From Eledone cirrhosa (Eukaryota): a stretch of 64,000 nt of DNA. The position numbers were made by a program, and so were the translations under genes. The stretch lies in the NCBI GenBank assembly GCA_964016885.1, contig OZ024754.1, positions 10,602,001 through 10,666,000 of the forward strand, in the 5' to 3' direction. A model generated the notes under the pieces. It worked only from the letters and a program-made list of their open reading frames with translations. It did not search any database and was not told where the DNA came from. This document shows, in pieces, positions 52,591 to 63,332 of this stretch; within the stretch, counting starts at the first letter, position 1; each line of letters opens with the position of its first letter.

Positions 52591-53200
52591 TGGTGGCTGC
52601 CAACTCGTTTTCGAGTACGGCCACTACTTTATATCCATGTAGGAGAACCCCTACCGATGCGCTGAACGAATGTGACTTTTTAGTCCAGCCAGCGACTTGA
52701 AAACTCTGGTACAAAGACTACACTTGTGACCATTATTGACACATAGTGCAGGGCACATGGTACCATGTGATGACAAGTGCTGAGAGATCTCCAGATATAA
52801 AGCAATGCCTGTGCTGTGAAGCTTTTATAGTGAGCAAAGGCACTGCACAAAGCCAGTCCCACTCTCTTAACCAAGATGATATTTACCAAAAAGAAGAACA
52901 AGTCAACATCATTGGATACCATCAGGGTTGCAGGTGTTATATCAGAGTTTTCCTTCTCCTAGAATTCTGCCTTGACAAAGGCTAAGGGGTCATCTCTCCC
53001 GGTGATTTTGGATGGCTATTGACTCTTAAGAGCTCCCTTGCCCTTTGACAGGTTTTGTTTTTAGTCCTGCAGGATGTCCAAAGTCACCCTCCTCACCAAG
53101 AAACCTTGGTGGTGTTGCCAGTTTAGTCGCCAACGACCCGACCATGAGACAGGTTGTACTGGGATACATGTTACCAGTAGCACCAACTGGTGACCTGACA
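52591..53200 (-). mobile_element. Probable non-autonomous RTE derivative (5' UTR-like sequence)
   Basis: GC-balanced 610-bp island between (TA)n tracts. The minus strand has ctaggagaaggaaaactctga, a motif I recall from RTE 5' UTRs. Confidence 0.4.
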
Positions 53201-53285
53201 TATCTATATATATGTGTATACATATATATATATATATGTATACATACATATATACACACCTATGTATACATACATATATCCACAC

Positions 53286-53324
<39 letters not shown>

Positions 53325-53466
53325 GGATATTAAACAAATGGAAACTATATTTATAAAACCATATTTATTTCATTATACATATTACAGGGATACCATATTA
53401 AAAATATGGCATGCCTTCTTCAGATAAAATACAATATATAAGCAGTTTTATAAATGACCCTTTTGC

Positions 53467-53498
<32 letters not shown>

Positions 53499-53499
53499 G

Positions 53500-53820
53500 T
53501 TGTTGTTTCCTTAAGCAAGACACTTTATTTCACATTGCTCCAGTTTACTCAGTTGTAGAAATGAGATGATAGGGACTGGGGTCCCTATCATTCCACTGCA
53601 AAGTGGTCGTGGAGGTGCCACAGCAAAAAAGCACCCAGCACTCACTGTAAATGAGGTTGGTGTTAGGAAGGACATCCAGCTGTAGAAATCAAGCCAGAAT
53701 CAGTTCCCGTATTAGCAAGACAAGGTCAGCCGACCACACACTGCCCACAACAGGACAACCCGTCTAACCCATGCTAGCGTGGAAGAACCGACGTAAAACG
53801 GTGATGTTGATGATGGTGAT
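53500..53820 (+). mobile_element. 5'-truncated CORE-type SINE B with an RTE tail
   Basis: Matches 58340-58652. Confidence 0.8.
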
Positions 53821-53857
53821 GTGTATATATACATATATATAAATATATATACACATC

Positions 53858-54380
53858 GTTATACTTTAGGAGGGTCATGTTGCCAATAAGAAACACATGC
53901 ACCAGTTGCTTTCACTCCAATTTATTATAAATTAAATTATAAATTTAAAAATTTCCGGTTGGTTGCATTGTACTTCAGTGCATCTTGTGATATATACTGC
54001 ATTTCTGGTTTTACAGTTAATATGGGGGCTTTGTTTACAGATTGTGCATTTCTTATCTATACAGGGAGGTCAAATAAAACAAATAAAAACACACACAGAC
54101 ACCCGCATGTAACACATGCGCAAACTAAACACACAACACACACAAAAACAAGATAGCGTAGGACAGAACAAAGGAGAGGCACAAAACAAAGAAAAGAATC
54201 CCCAGTCACTGAAGAGGTCACAGAATGTGTGACAAAAGAACTTTGACAATATATGAACAACCGTCCGGTTGTGGAACCAACCAAACAACCGGAAATTTAT
54301 AAATTTTTTAAAATAAATTGGAGTGAAAGCAACTGGTGTGTGTGTTTCTTATTGGCAACATGACCCTCCCAAAGTATAAC
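53858..54380. mobile_element. MITE with ~105-bp terminal inverted repeats
   Basis: gttatactttaggagggtcatgttgccaataagaaacac... is mirrored by ...gtgtttcttattggcaacatgaccctcccaaagtataac. The same right end recurs at ~57360-57382. Confidence 0.8.
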
Positions 54381-55273
54381 AATATCGGCTTCAACACACG
54401 TTTTCAGATAAAGAATCTTGCTAAACAAATTCATAAACGATATATATACACATATATACATAAATATATATACTCATATATATACACAAATGTGTGTGTA
54501 TATATAAAAAAATATATATATATAGCACTCACTGTAAATGAGGTTGGTGTTAGGCAGGGCATCCAGCTGTAGAAATCAAGCCAAAATCAGTCCCTGTATG
54601 AGCAAGGCATGGTCAGCCAACCAGACACTGCCCACAACAGGACAACCCGTGCTAGCATGGAAGAACGGACGTAAAACGGTGATGATGATGATGAGGGAGG
54701 GAGGGAGGGAGGGAGGGAGGGAGTGTGTGCGTGTGCGTGTGCGTGTGCGTGTGCGTGTGTGCGTGTGCGTGTGTGTATATGTGAGTGAGTGAGTGAGTGT
54801 ATAAATATATACATATATGTGTATACAATATATGTGTGTGTGTATGTAAAGGGTAAACAGAAATAAAAAAAAAAAATGGCACATTACATGGAAGAAATAT
54901 ATTAGTTTAACCTCGATGGCGAAGTTATACAGTAATAATTGTGATAGCTATGAGTATAGATATTTTTCTCATGTCGGTTTTTCTCATGTGCTCTAGGCAC
55001 AATGTCACTGATAGAGTAATCTCTCCTTAATACATAAGGCAGTGTCAAGGGAAGCAATTCATAAAACAATTCAGCATGCTAAAGATTAATGAAATAAAAA
55101 GGGAGAAAACCATACAATTATTCTACTTCTGTTTTTACTTCTACTAATTTTATAGTCAGGAAAGTATGATATTTTTCTGTGAAACTGCTGTTGGTTAGTG
55201 CAGTCTTATAATAGGGGCCTGCCCTGTCAAAAATGCCTATTGGATGATCTTTCTAATTCATTATTGCTCCTAA

Positions 55274-55668
55274 GGGCGGTGGATTAGCAGTATCGGTAGA
55301 GGGTCGGACGCTATGTTTTGCAGCATAGTTACGTCCCTTTACAGTCCGAGTTCAAATCCCGCCGAGGTTAACTTTGCCTTTCATCCTTATGGAGGTAGAT
55401 AAAATAAAGTACCAGTAATGCACTGGGTAATTGCTGGCCTTGTGCCAAAAGTAGAAACAATTATCATATATATATTTTTAGGGCGGTGGATTGGCAGTAT
55501 CGGTAGAGGGTCGGACGCCATGCTTTGATGCATAGAGTTACGGCCCTTGCCATTCTGAGTTCAAATCCCGCCGAGGTTAACTTTGCCTTTCATCCTTACG
55601 GGGTCGATAAAATAAAGTACCAGTAATACACTGGGTAATTGCTGGCCTTGTGCCAAAAGTAGAAACGA
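55274..55668 (+). mobile_element. Two tandem full-length SINE A copies
   Basis: 55274-55460 and 55480-55668. Confidence 0.88.
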
Positions 55669-55734
55669 TTATTGCCCCTTTCTTTCAAACTTATTTATAA
55701 AAGGACTAAACCAATACCAGAATTCATTTCAATA

Positions 55735-55793
55735 TGGCCGAACTGAAGAACTGGGAGGGATTCAGATCCTTCTAGTGAAACATGTATTCAGAT
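55735..55793 (+). ncRNA. Type I hammerhead-ribozyme motif (Penelope-associated type)
   Basis: gaa-CTGAAGA-[actgggagggat tcag atccttctagt]-GAAA-CATG-TA-ttc: conserved core, ~11-bp stem II, palindromic stem III (ACATGT), GUA cleavage triplet, short stem I. Confidence 0.55.
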
Positions 55794-55924
55794 AATGTAT
55801 TGATTATGCAACAAAATATTTTATATAACACAGCTCCACACACCCCACCCCCAATTGAGAGTGGTCTACCTAGTTGTATATCTATTACAAAATGCAACTA
55901 CATTACGCGCGTGCGCACTGCAGA

Positions 55925-56959
55925 GCGGTTGTGTAGGTGCCACGACAAAAAGCACCAGCCCACACTGTAAAGTGGTCATCTAGGTGTCACGACAAAAAGC
56001 ACCCAGCCCACACTGTAAAGTGGTCATCTAGGTGTCACGACAAAAAGCACCAGCCCACACTGTAAAGTGGTCATCTAGGTGTCACGACAAAAAGCACCCA
56101 GCCCACACTGTAAAGTGGTCATCTAGGTGTCACGACAAAAAGCACCCAGCCCACACTGTAAAGTGGTCATCTAGGTGTCACGACAAAAAGCACCCAGCCC
56201 ACACTGTAAAGTGGTCGTGTAGGTGTCACGACAAAGAGTGGTCGTGTAGGTGTCACGACAAAGAGCACCCAGCCCACACTGTAAAGTGGTCGTGTAGGTG
56301 TCACGACAAAGAGCACCCAGCCCACACTGTAAAGTGGTCGTGTAGGTGTCACGACAAAGAGCACCCAGCCCACACTATAAAGTGGTCGTGTAGGTGTCAC
56401 GACAAAGAGCACCCAGCCCACACTGTAAAGTGGTCGTGTAGGTGTCACGACAAAGAGCACCCAGCCCACACTGTAAAGTGGTCGTGTAGGTGTCACGACA
56501 AAGAGCACCCAGCCCACACTGTAAAGTGGTCATGAAGGTGTCACGACAAAAAGCACCAGCCCACCCTGTAAACTGGTCATGAAGGTGTCACGACAAAAAG
56601 CACCAGCCCACACTGTAAACTGGTCATGAAGGTGTCACGACAAAAAGCACCAGCCCACACTGTAAACTGGTCATGAAGGTGTCACGACAAAAAGCACCCA
56701 GCCCACACTGTAAAGTGGTCGTGTAGGAGTCACGACAAAGAGCACCCAGCCCACACTATAAAGTGGTCGTGTAGGTGTAACAACAAAAAGCACCCAGCAC
56801 ACACTGTAAATGTGGTTGGCATTGGGAAGGATATCTAGCCATAGAAACCTAACCAGAAACAGTTCTATATGAGCAAGACACAGTCACCTGACTCAACTTG
56901 CCTCTAATGGGACAACCTGTCTAACCCATGCTAGCATGGAAAATGGACGTTAAATGATG

Positions 56960-56960
<1 letters not shown>
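55925..56960 (+). repeat. 48-bp minisatellite (~18 copies) amplified from the LINE 3' UTR, continuing into the LINE tail
   Basis: The unit aggtgtcacgacaaaragcacccagcccacactgtaaagtggtcrtst runs to ~56800, then ggttggcattgggaagg...(GAT). Confidence 0.9.
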
Positions 56961-56994
<34 letters not shown>

Positions 56995-57011
56995 ATCATC
57001 ATTTAGTGTCA

Positions 57012-57063
<52 letters not shown>

Positions 57064-57376
57064 CAGCGATGAATTAGTTTTAAAACAGACTAAATAAAGA
57101 TGGCGTAGGCATACAATGCAATGGGAGGAAACATAATAGCACCACTGACGATGTTGCAGATGTGCAACGAAAGAACTTTGTTAGACTATATATATGTGTT
57201 TGTGTCTATATTGTATCTGTATTTTTTACCTTGGTCAGTCAATGGTAACATTGAGGACCGAATAAATTAAATTAACCGATATAAAAGACACAGAAGCGAA
57301 AACCAACCAAACAGTGAGTGTGTTCTGTTATTAATTCTGGCAATATTATTACACAAATATGACCCTCCCCAAGTAT

Positions 57377-57420
<44 letters not shown>

Positions 57421-57421
<1 letters not shown>

Positions 57422-57544
57422 TTTTAATATAGATGAGATTCTACAGGACTAGAACTGTTTCATTCATTAGAAATCATCAGGAATCCTATGATTTCTAATG
57501 AATGAAACAGTTCTAGTCCTGTAGAATCTCATCTATATTAAAAC
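57421..57544. repeat. Perfect 57-bp inverted repeat (foldback) containing a hammerhead motif
   Basis: 57421-57477 is the exact reverse complement of 57488-57544. The minus strand of the left arm has CTGATGA...GAAA core elements. Confidence 0.85.
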
Positions 57545-57639
57545 TTTTATACTCTGCTATGTATTGAGTACCTTACTTACTGTGGTTACCTCCGATTCAA
57601 CCCGGAATAACGTATATATATATATATATATATATATTA

Positions 57640-58155
57640 GTGCAGGGCGATCAAAATTGATGGGAGTTATTGATTAGGTAGTCCCAGGTTTTTCTGGGTC
57701 TACATGATAAGATCTGACCTTGCACACTTACACCTCTCTAAGACAATGTCACTGGATCGAGACATTTGGTGCTATGCAGTAATACAAAAGACCCGCCTTC
57801 CTTTACATATAAAGTTAAAGCTAGTCAGTAGGCACCTCTTAACCAAATATACACTCCAACACACCACCCCTACTCTATCCTCCCACTCCCATCAATACCA
57901 CCCTTTCTCTGTAAAGTTATGTTGGTACCACAGAACATCCAGTCCAAACTAAAGTGGTTGTGTAGGTGTCACGACAAAAAGCACCCAGTCCACACTGTAA
58001 ATGTGGTTGGTGTTAGGAAGGGCATCCAGCCGTAGAAAGCCTGCCAGATACAGTCCTATACAAGCGAGACACGGTCACCCAACCAATCTTGCCTCAAATA
58101 GGACAAACCTATCTAACCGATGCTAGTGTGGAAGTTAGACGTTAAACGATTATGA
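57640..58155 (+). mobile_element. RTE LINE 3' fragment with an internal micro-inversion
   Basis: Aligns to 24765-25270 (DRDIWCYAVIQKTRL, 3' UTR, tail). Confidence 0.8.
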
Positions 58156-58224
58156 TATATATATATATATACATGCTAGTGTAGATAATGGCCGTTAAAT
58201 GATGATATGTATATATCTATTTAG

Positions 58225-58267
<43 letters not shown>

Positions 58268-58271
<4 letters not shown>

Positions 58272-58652
58272 TTAGTGGTTAGAGCATTGGGCTTGCAATC
58301 GAAAGGTTGTGAGTTCAATTCTCGGACCAGGTGATGTGTTGTTTCCTTGAGCAAGACACTTTATTTCACATTGCTCCAGTTTACTCAGCTGTAGAAATGA
58401 GATGATAGGACTGGGGTCCCTATCAGTCCACTGTAAAGTGGTCGTGGAGGTGCCACGGCAAAAAAGCACCCAGCACTCACTGTAAATGAGGTTGGTGTTA
58501 GGAAGGGCATCCAGCTGTAGAAATCAAGCCAGAATCAGTTCCCGTATGAGCAAGACAAGGTCAGCTGACTGGACACTGCCCACAATAGGACAACCCATCT
58601 AACCCATGCTAGCGTGGAAGAACGGACGTAAAACGGTGGTGATGATAATGAT
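58268..58652 (+). mobile_element. Full-length CORE-type SINE B with an RTE-derived tail
   Basis: A-box tggcttagtggtt, B-box gagttcaattc, core ccttgagcaagacactttatttcacattgctccagtttactcagctgtagaaatgag. The 3' ~230 bp are near-identical to the LINE 3' end. Confidence 0.88.
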
Positions 58653-58665
58653 ATATATATATATA

Positions 58666-58950
58666 GTTATGTTGGTGCCACAACATCCAGGCCGAAACAA
58701 ATGAGATCTTGTAGGTGTCACGTCAAAAAAACACACAGTCCACGCTGTAATGTGACCGTGTAGGCGACACGGTAAAAACCTCCCAGCCCCACACTGTAAA
58801 TGTGGTTGGTGTTAGGAAGGGCATCCAGCTGTAGAAACCCGCCAGATAGTCCTATGCGAGCAAGATAACCACTCTTGCCTCAAGTCGGAAAACCCTCCGT
58901 CCAAACCCATGCAAGCGTGGAACACGGACGTTAAACGATGATGATGATGA
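58666..58950 (+). mobile_element. RTE LINE 3' UTR/tail fragment
   Basis: Matches 24997-25290. Confidence 0.82.
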
Positions 58951-59623
58951 TATATATATATATAATTTTAGTTGTATTCGTATGAATAATTAACAAATCC
59001 AGTGAAGAAAAAAAGCAATATCAAAGAGCAATTGAAAATATTAAAACATTTGAATTGAAAAGTTGAGATTTCTATCATTAGTTGCCATTATGGATTCAAA
59101 CAAATTCATTTGTTAAATTTTTTTTTTTTTAGACTAACATTGACAATATTGACAAATTTGATTGAAAAAAAACATTCATATTGGAAAATGAGAAGTAATG
59201 TTATTGATGTTTTTATAGCTATTTTAGCAAACACTTAATATGGCAGCTTTAGACTAGAAAAGCCAATAACAAATTATTTAATGTTTTACTAAATGATTAA
59301 TGGAAATTGAGGAAGGTGGGGAAAAATTTAAAAAAAAAACAACCATTTCACGATATTATTGATAAGTGCCTTTAATATTACATTAAAAATATGGAAAACG
59401 ATAATTGCTTAGTATCAGTTTTCCCTGCTAGCATGGGTTGAACATGTCATCATGGACCAGTCAGTACTGACCTCCATGTGGACCAGTGACTTGACATACC
59501 AATCTCATGTTCTACCAAATACATTTTATCAGTTGGTTTATATGCCCCATTAATATCTTGACTATTTTATTTAGTCAAATTCTTCTAATTCAATTTTCAA
59601 ACTCCACTTGCCACTCTCTAAAC

Positions 59624-59654
<31 letters not shown>

Positions 59655-59902
59655 CGTACGTGCGTGCGTGTGTGTGTGTGCGGTGCGTGCGTGCGAGCGA
59701 GCGACCGAGTGAGTGTGTTCTTTCTTCCTACAATAGCTTCAAATGTTTTGAATATATATATATATATATCATCATAGTTTAACGTCTGCTTCCACACTAG
59801 CATGGGTTAGACAGGTTTGTCCCATTTAGAGGCAAGTTGGGTCAAGTGACCATGTCTCACTCATGTAGGACCGAGTGTGCGTGCACGTGCGCGCGTGCGT
59901 GC

Positions 59903-59957
<55 letters not shown>

Positions 59958-60446
59958 AGGTATGTTTGTGAAACAGTGAGCAAGTTTGAAATTAGAAATA
60001 GAAGCTTTCGCTGTATTTTTGACTAAAGAAACTTTAGCCTGATAATGGGGGTTTAGAACTCTCTAAAAGATGGAAAAAGATGAGTATTGACGTACATGCA
60101 CGGGTTTTGATAATTTGCCTAGTATAAGTAGTATTTAAAACTAAGTTTCACAATAACATTGTAGATAACGATTTTAAGACATAATCGATTGCATACTAGA
60201 CAATGAAACATGTGTTAATGCTTGGAATAAAGCCCTATTGTGTAGCTTATCCATGTTAATCATCATTCATTCGTTATTAATACTCCAGGAACTACTAACA
60301 TCGGAACTATCCAAAATCGGCCTTCTGAACAACACAACTAAGTAAACATCTTGTTGAGTCAGCCAACACCGCACGTTAAAACCCTCCATGGTACAGATTA
60401 CTTGTAACCTTTCCTTGGATAACCTTAAACGATGTTTTGTTTACTC

Positions 60447-60539
60447 TAGAGAGAGAGAGAGAGAGAAAGAAAGAGAGAGAGAGAGAGAGAAAGAAAGAGA
60501 GAAAGAGAGAGAGAAAGAAAGAGAGAAAGAAAGAGAGAA

Positions 60540-60596
<57 letters not shown>

Positions 60597-60635
60597 AAGA
60601 GAGAAAGAGAGAGAAAAAAAGAGAGAAAGAGAGAG

Positions 60636-60672
<37 letters not shown>

Positions 60673-60683
60673 GAGAGAGGGAA

Positions 60684-60716
<33 letters not shown>

Positions 60717-60739
60717 AAGAGAAAGAGAAAGAGAGAGAG

Positions 60740-60790
<51 letters not shown>

Positions 60791-60863
60791 AAGAGAGAAA
60801 GAAAAAGAGAGACAGAGAAAGAAAGAGAGAGAGAAAGAAAGAGAGAGAGAAAGAGAGAAAGAA

Positions 60864-60896
<33 letters not shown>

Positions 60897-60945
60897 AAGA
60901 AAGAGAGAGAAAAAGAGAGAGAAAAAGAGAGAGAGAAAGAAAGAG
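60447..60945. repeat. (GA)n/(GAAA) purine tract close to the 61095 exon donor
   Basis: Seen directly. Confidence 0.92.
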
Positions 60946-61094
60946 ACTGTGTGTGTGTGTGCGTGCATGTGCGCGCGTGCATACACACACACACATCTCT
61001 TCTCTTTAGTAATATAAGTGCCTTCTCTGTTTTTATGATAGTGTAATTTAGGGATACATTTAAACAGTAATATGAAAGAAACTGGTTTACTTAC

Positions 61095-61151
61095 TTCAGT
61101 TACATTCATAACTTTAATAGCAGCAAGTTGCCCAGTTTTGGTATGGCGACC
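61095..61151 (-). CDS. MAP4K4: misshapen/MAP4K4/TNIK/MINK1-family (mig-15-like) STE20 kinase, internal exon (GRHTKTGQLAAIKVMNVTE; contains the catalytic AAIK lysine)
   Basis: 57-nt exon bounded by tcttttcag| and |gtaagt on the minus strand. The translation matches the GCK-IV kinase motif GRHxKTGQLAAIKVMxVT. The symbol is family-level, since invertebrates have a single msn orthologue. Confidence 0.93.
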
Positions 61152-61639
61152 CTGAAAAGAAACAACCAGTAAATATGAGTATCATTTGCAAAATATGGGA
61201 TACAAAGAATCAAACAATATATAAAATACTTGTTTCTACTTTAGGCACAAGGCCAGCAATTACCCAGTGTAGTACTGGTACTTTTATTTTATCGACCCCG
61301 TAAGAATGAAAGGCAAAGTCAACCTCGGCGGGATTTGAACTAATGATAATGAAAAAAATGAAAATTATTGTGTACAGTGCTCAGGTGCACTACAACTCAT
61401 CAAAGGTGCATGTATAAAACATAGAATAATGTACAAATGTCAGGAAAGTGAACAGTGTAGGAGTCATGATATACACACAGTTACATGTGTGCATGTGTAT
61501 TGAGAGGAAATATCAGGTGTAGTGTTGGCAAATTTCAGGAAACATTTAAATATACAGAATTTAGGTCCAAGAACATTTTTGGAAGAAAAATAAAGTTGAT
61601 TATATCAACCCAGTATTTTATAACCAAGTATAGACAAGT

Positions 61640-61968
61640 TGAGTGATAAACTGTGTATAAGAGGGATAAGCTGTAGTGTGCAGGAGAGACGACTGCATTG
61701 GTATGGTTATGTGATGCGCATGGAGGATGACCGCTGGGTAAAGAAGTGCCAAGAAATCCTGGTGGAAGGAAGACGCAGTAGAGGAAGATACGAAAAACAT
61801 GGGTGGAGGTGGTGAGAGCTGACCACAGATAGCTGAAGCTCACGGAGCAGATGACGAAAGACCGTGACGAATGGAGCGATGTTGTGCTGAATAGGACCCA
61901 TTCCACCCTTGCAAGCAGGGAAAACCAGACGTAAAATGATCATGATGATGATGATGATGATGATGATG
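61640..61968 (+). mobile_element. RTE LINE 3' fragment of a related subfamily with a short 3' UTR and (GAT)n tail
   Basis: RGISCSVQERRLHWYGYVMRMEDDRWVKKC...KDRDEWSDVV. Confidence 0.8.
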
Positions 61969-62923
61969 AATCCCAGAAAGATGAAAGACAGTTGACCTCA
62001 GCTGGATTTTAATTCAAAATGTAAAACACTGGAATAAATAACACATGGTATTTTATTCAATGCTCTACCAATTTTGCCAACCATCACAATATATCATTAA
62101 AATATAAAACATAAAATGTAGGAACAAAGTTATTTTGATAAGAATAAAGAGATAGTACTTTCCATTTTGTTTTTAATCGATGCTAAGATAGAGTGTATCT
62201 GTTAGACACGCAATGGCTAACAACAGAATGTTTTAAGTCTGCGTGTCTGACATATATGCGTAGCTTGTGAATAAAAAATTCAAGGGGTGTCGCTGGCCAT
62301 GGTGGTCGCTGCCAAACATGTTTTGTAACGTATCGTCTTATTGGCTAATTTCATCGTTTTATTGGCTAATCAACCAACCAGAGTAATTGTTGCTCAAAAG
62401 CATTCGCCATTTTGTTTGCACGTTTATTTATCGTGCCGCTTTCGAATTTTCCTCCTGTATTTCGTCGTTTATCATCAAAATATTTTTCTCATTTTGGTAA
62501 GTTATATTGTTAATTTATATATGATTTTTTTAATTTATATTAACTATTTTTTTTTCAGTTCGTTATAACATGCTTATAATATTGGTTGTATCACATTTAC
62601 TTGTATATTTGTCCATATTATTGTTCGTTTTATGTTAGATTATTTTATTATTATTATGTTAGACTATTTGTATGTAATATTTAATTTTTATTAATTCAAC
62701 TATAACAATTATTATGTAAAATATATTTATTTAATATTGATTGTTTTTGTAGTTGTTTATATTAAAAGTCTGAAAATATTTTTATACATCTTACAATAAT
62801 ATTTATAAGATCATTTATAAAATAACAATTATATAATCTAATTACATTACAACGATAATTTATTATTAATATATATCATGTTTAACTCGAGTTATTACAA
62901 GCGTTGCCTTAAAAAAATATTAA

Positions 62924-63332
62924 ACTAGATCTGAAAAATGTGCAAGCTCAAAATAGCCACAGAATGTTATAATAAACCTTCAAAAGTGTGGGACTAGAGT
63001 TGTTGCTCAAAAATATTGTAATCATTATCTATAATCATTATCTATAACTCAAGACGACATGATAATTATTTAAGTGAATTTATAATATAGAATTCGGTTT
63101 AAGTGCATTTCGAATTAATCATTACTAAACATCTAATATGAGATATTGAGCTTAAATAATTATCGTGTCGTCTTGAGTTTGTTATGAGTCTCTTTTTTAT
63201 AAAAGGATGCCACAGAGTGTACGATAGATAATGATTACAATATTTTTGAGCAACAACTCTAGTCTCACACTTTTGAAGGTTTATTATAACATTCTGTGGC
63301 TCTTTTGAGCTTGCACATTTTTCAGGTCTAGT
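62924..63332. mobile_element. Foldback-like MITE with ~110-bp TIRs and an inner inverted repeat
   Basis: actagatctgaaaaatgtgcaagctcaaaa... is mirrored by ...ttttgagcttgcacatttttcaggtctagt. It is flanked by ATATTAA on both sides. Confidence 0.8.
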
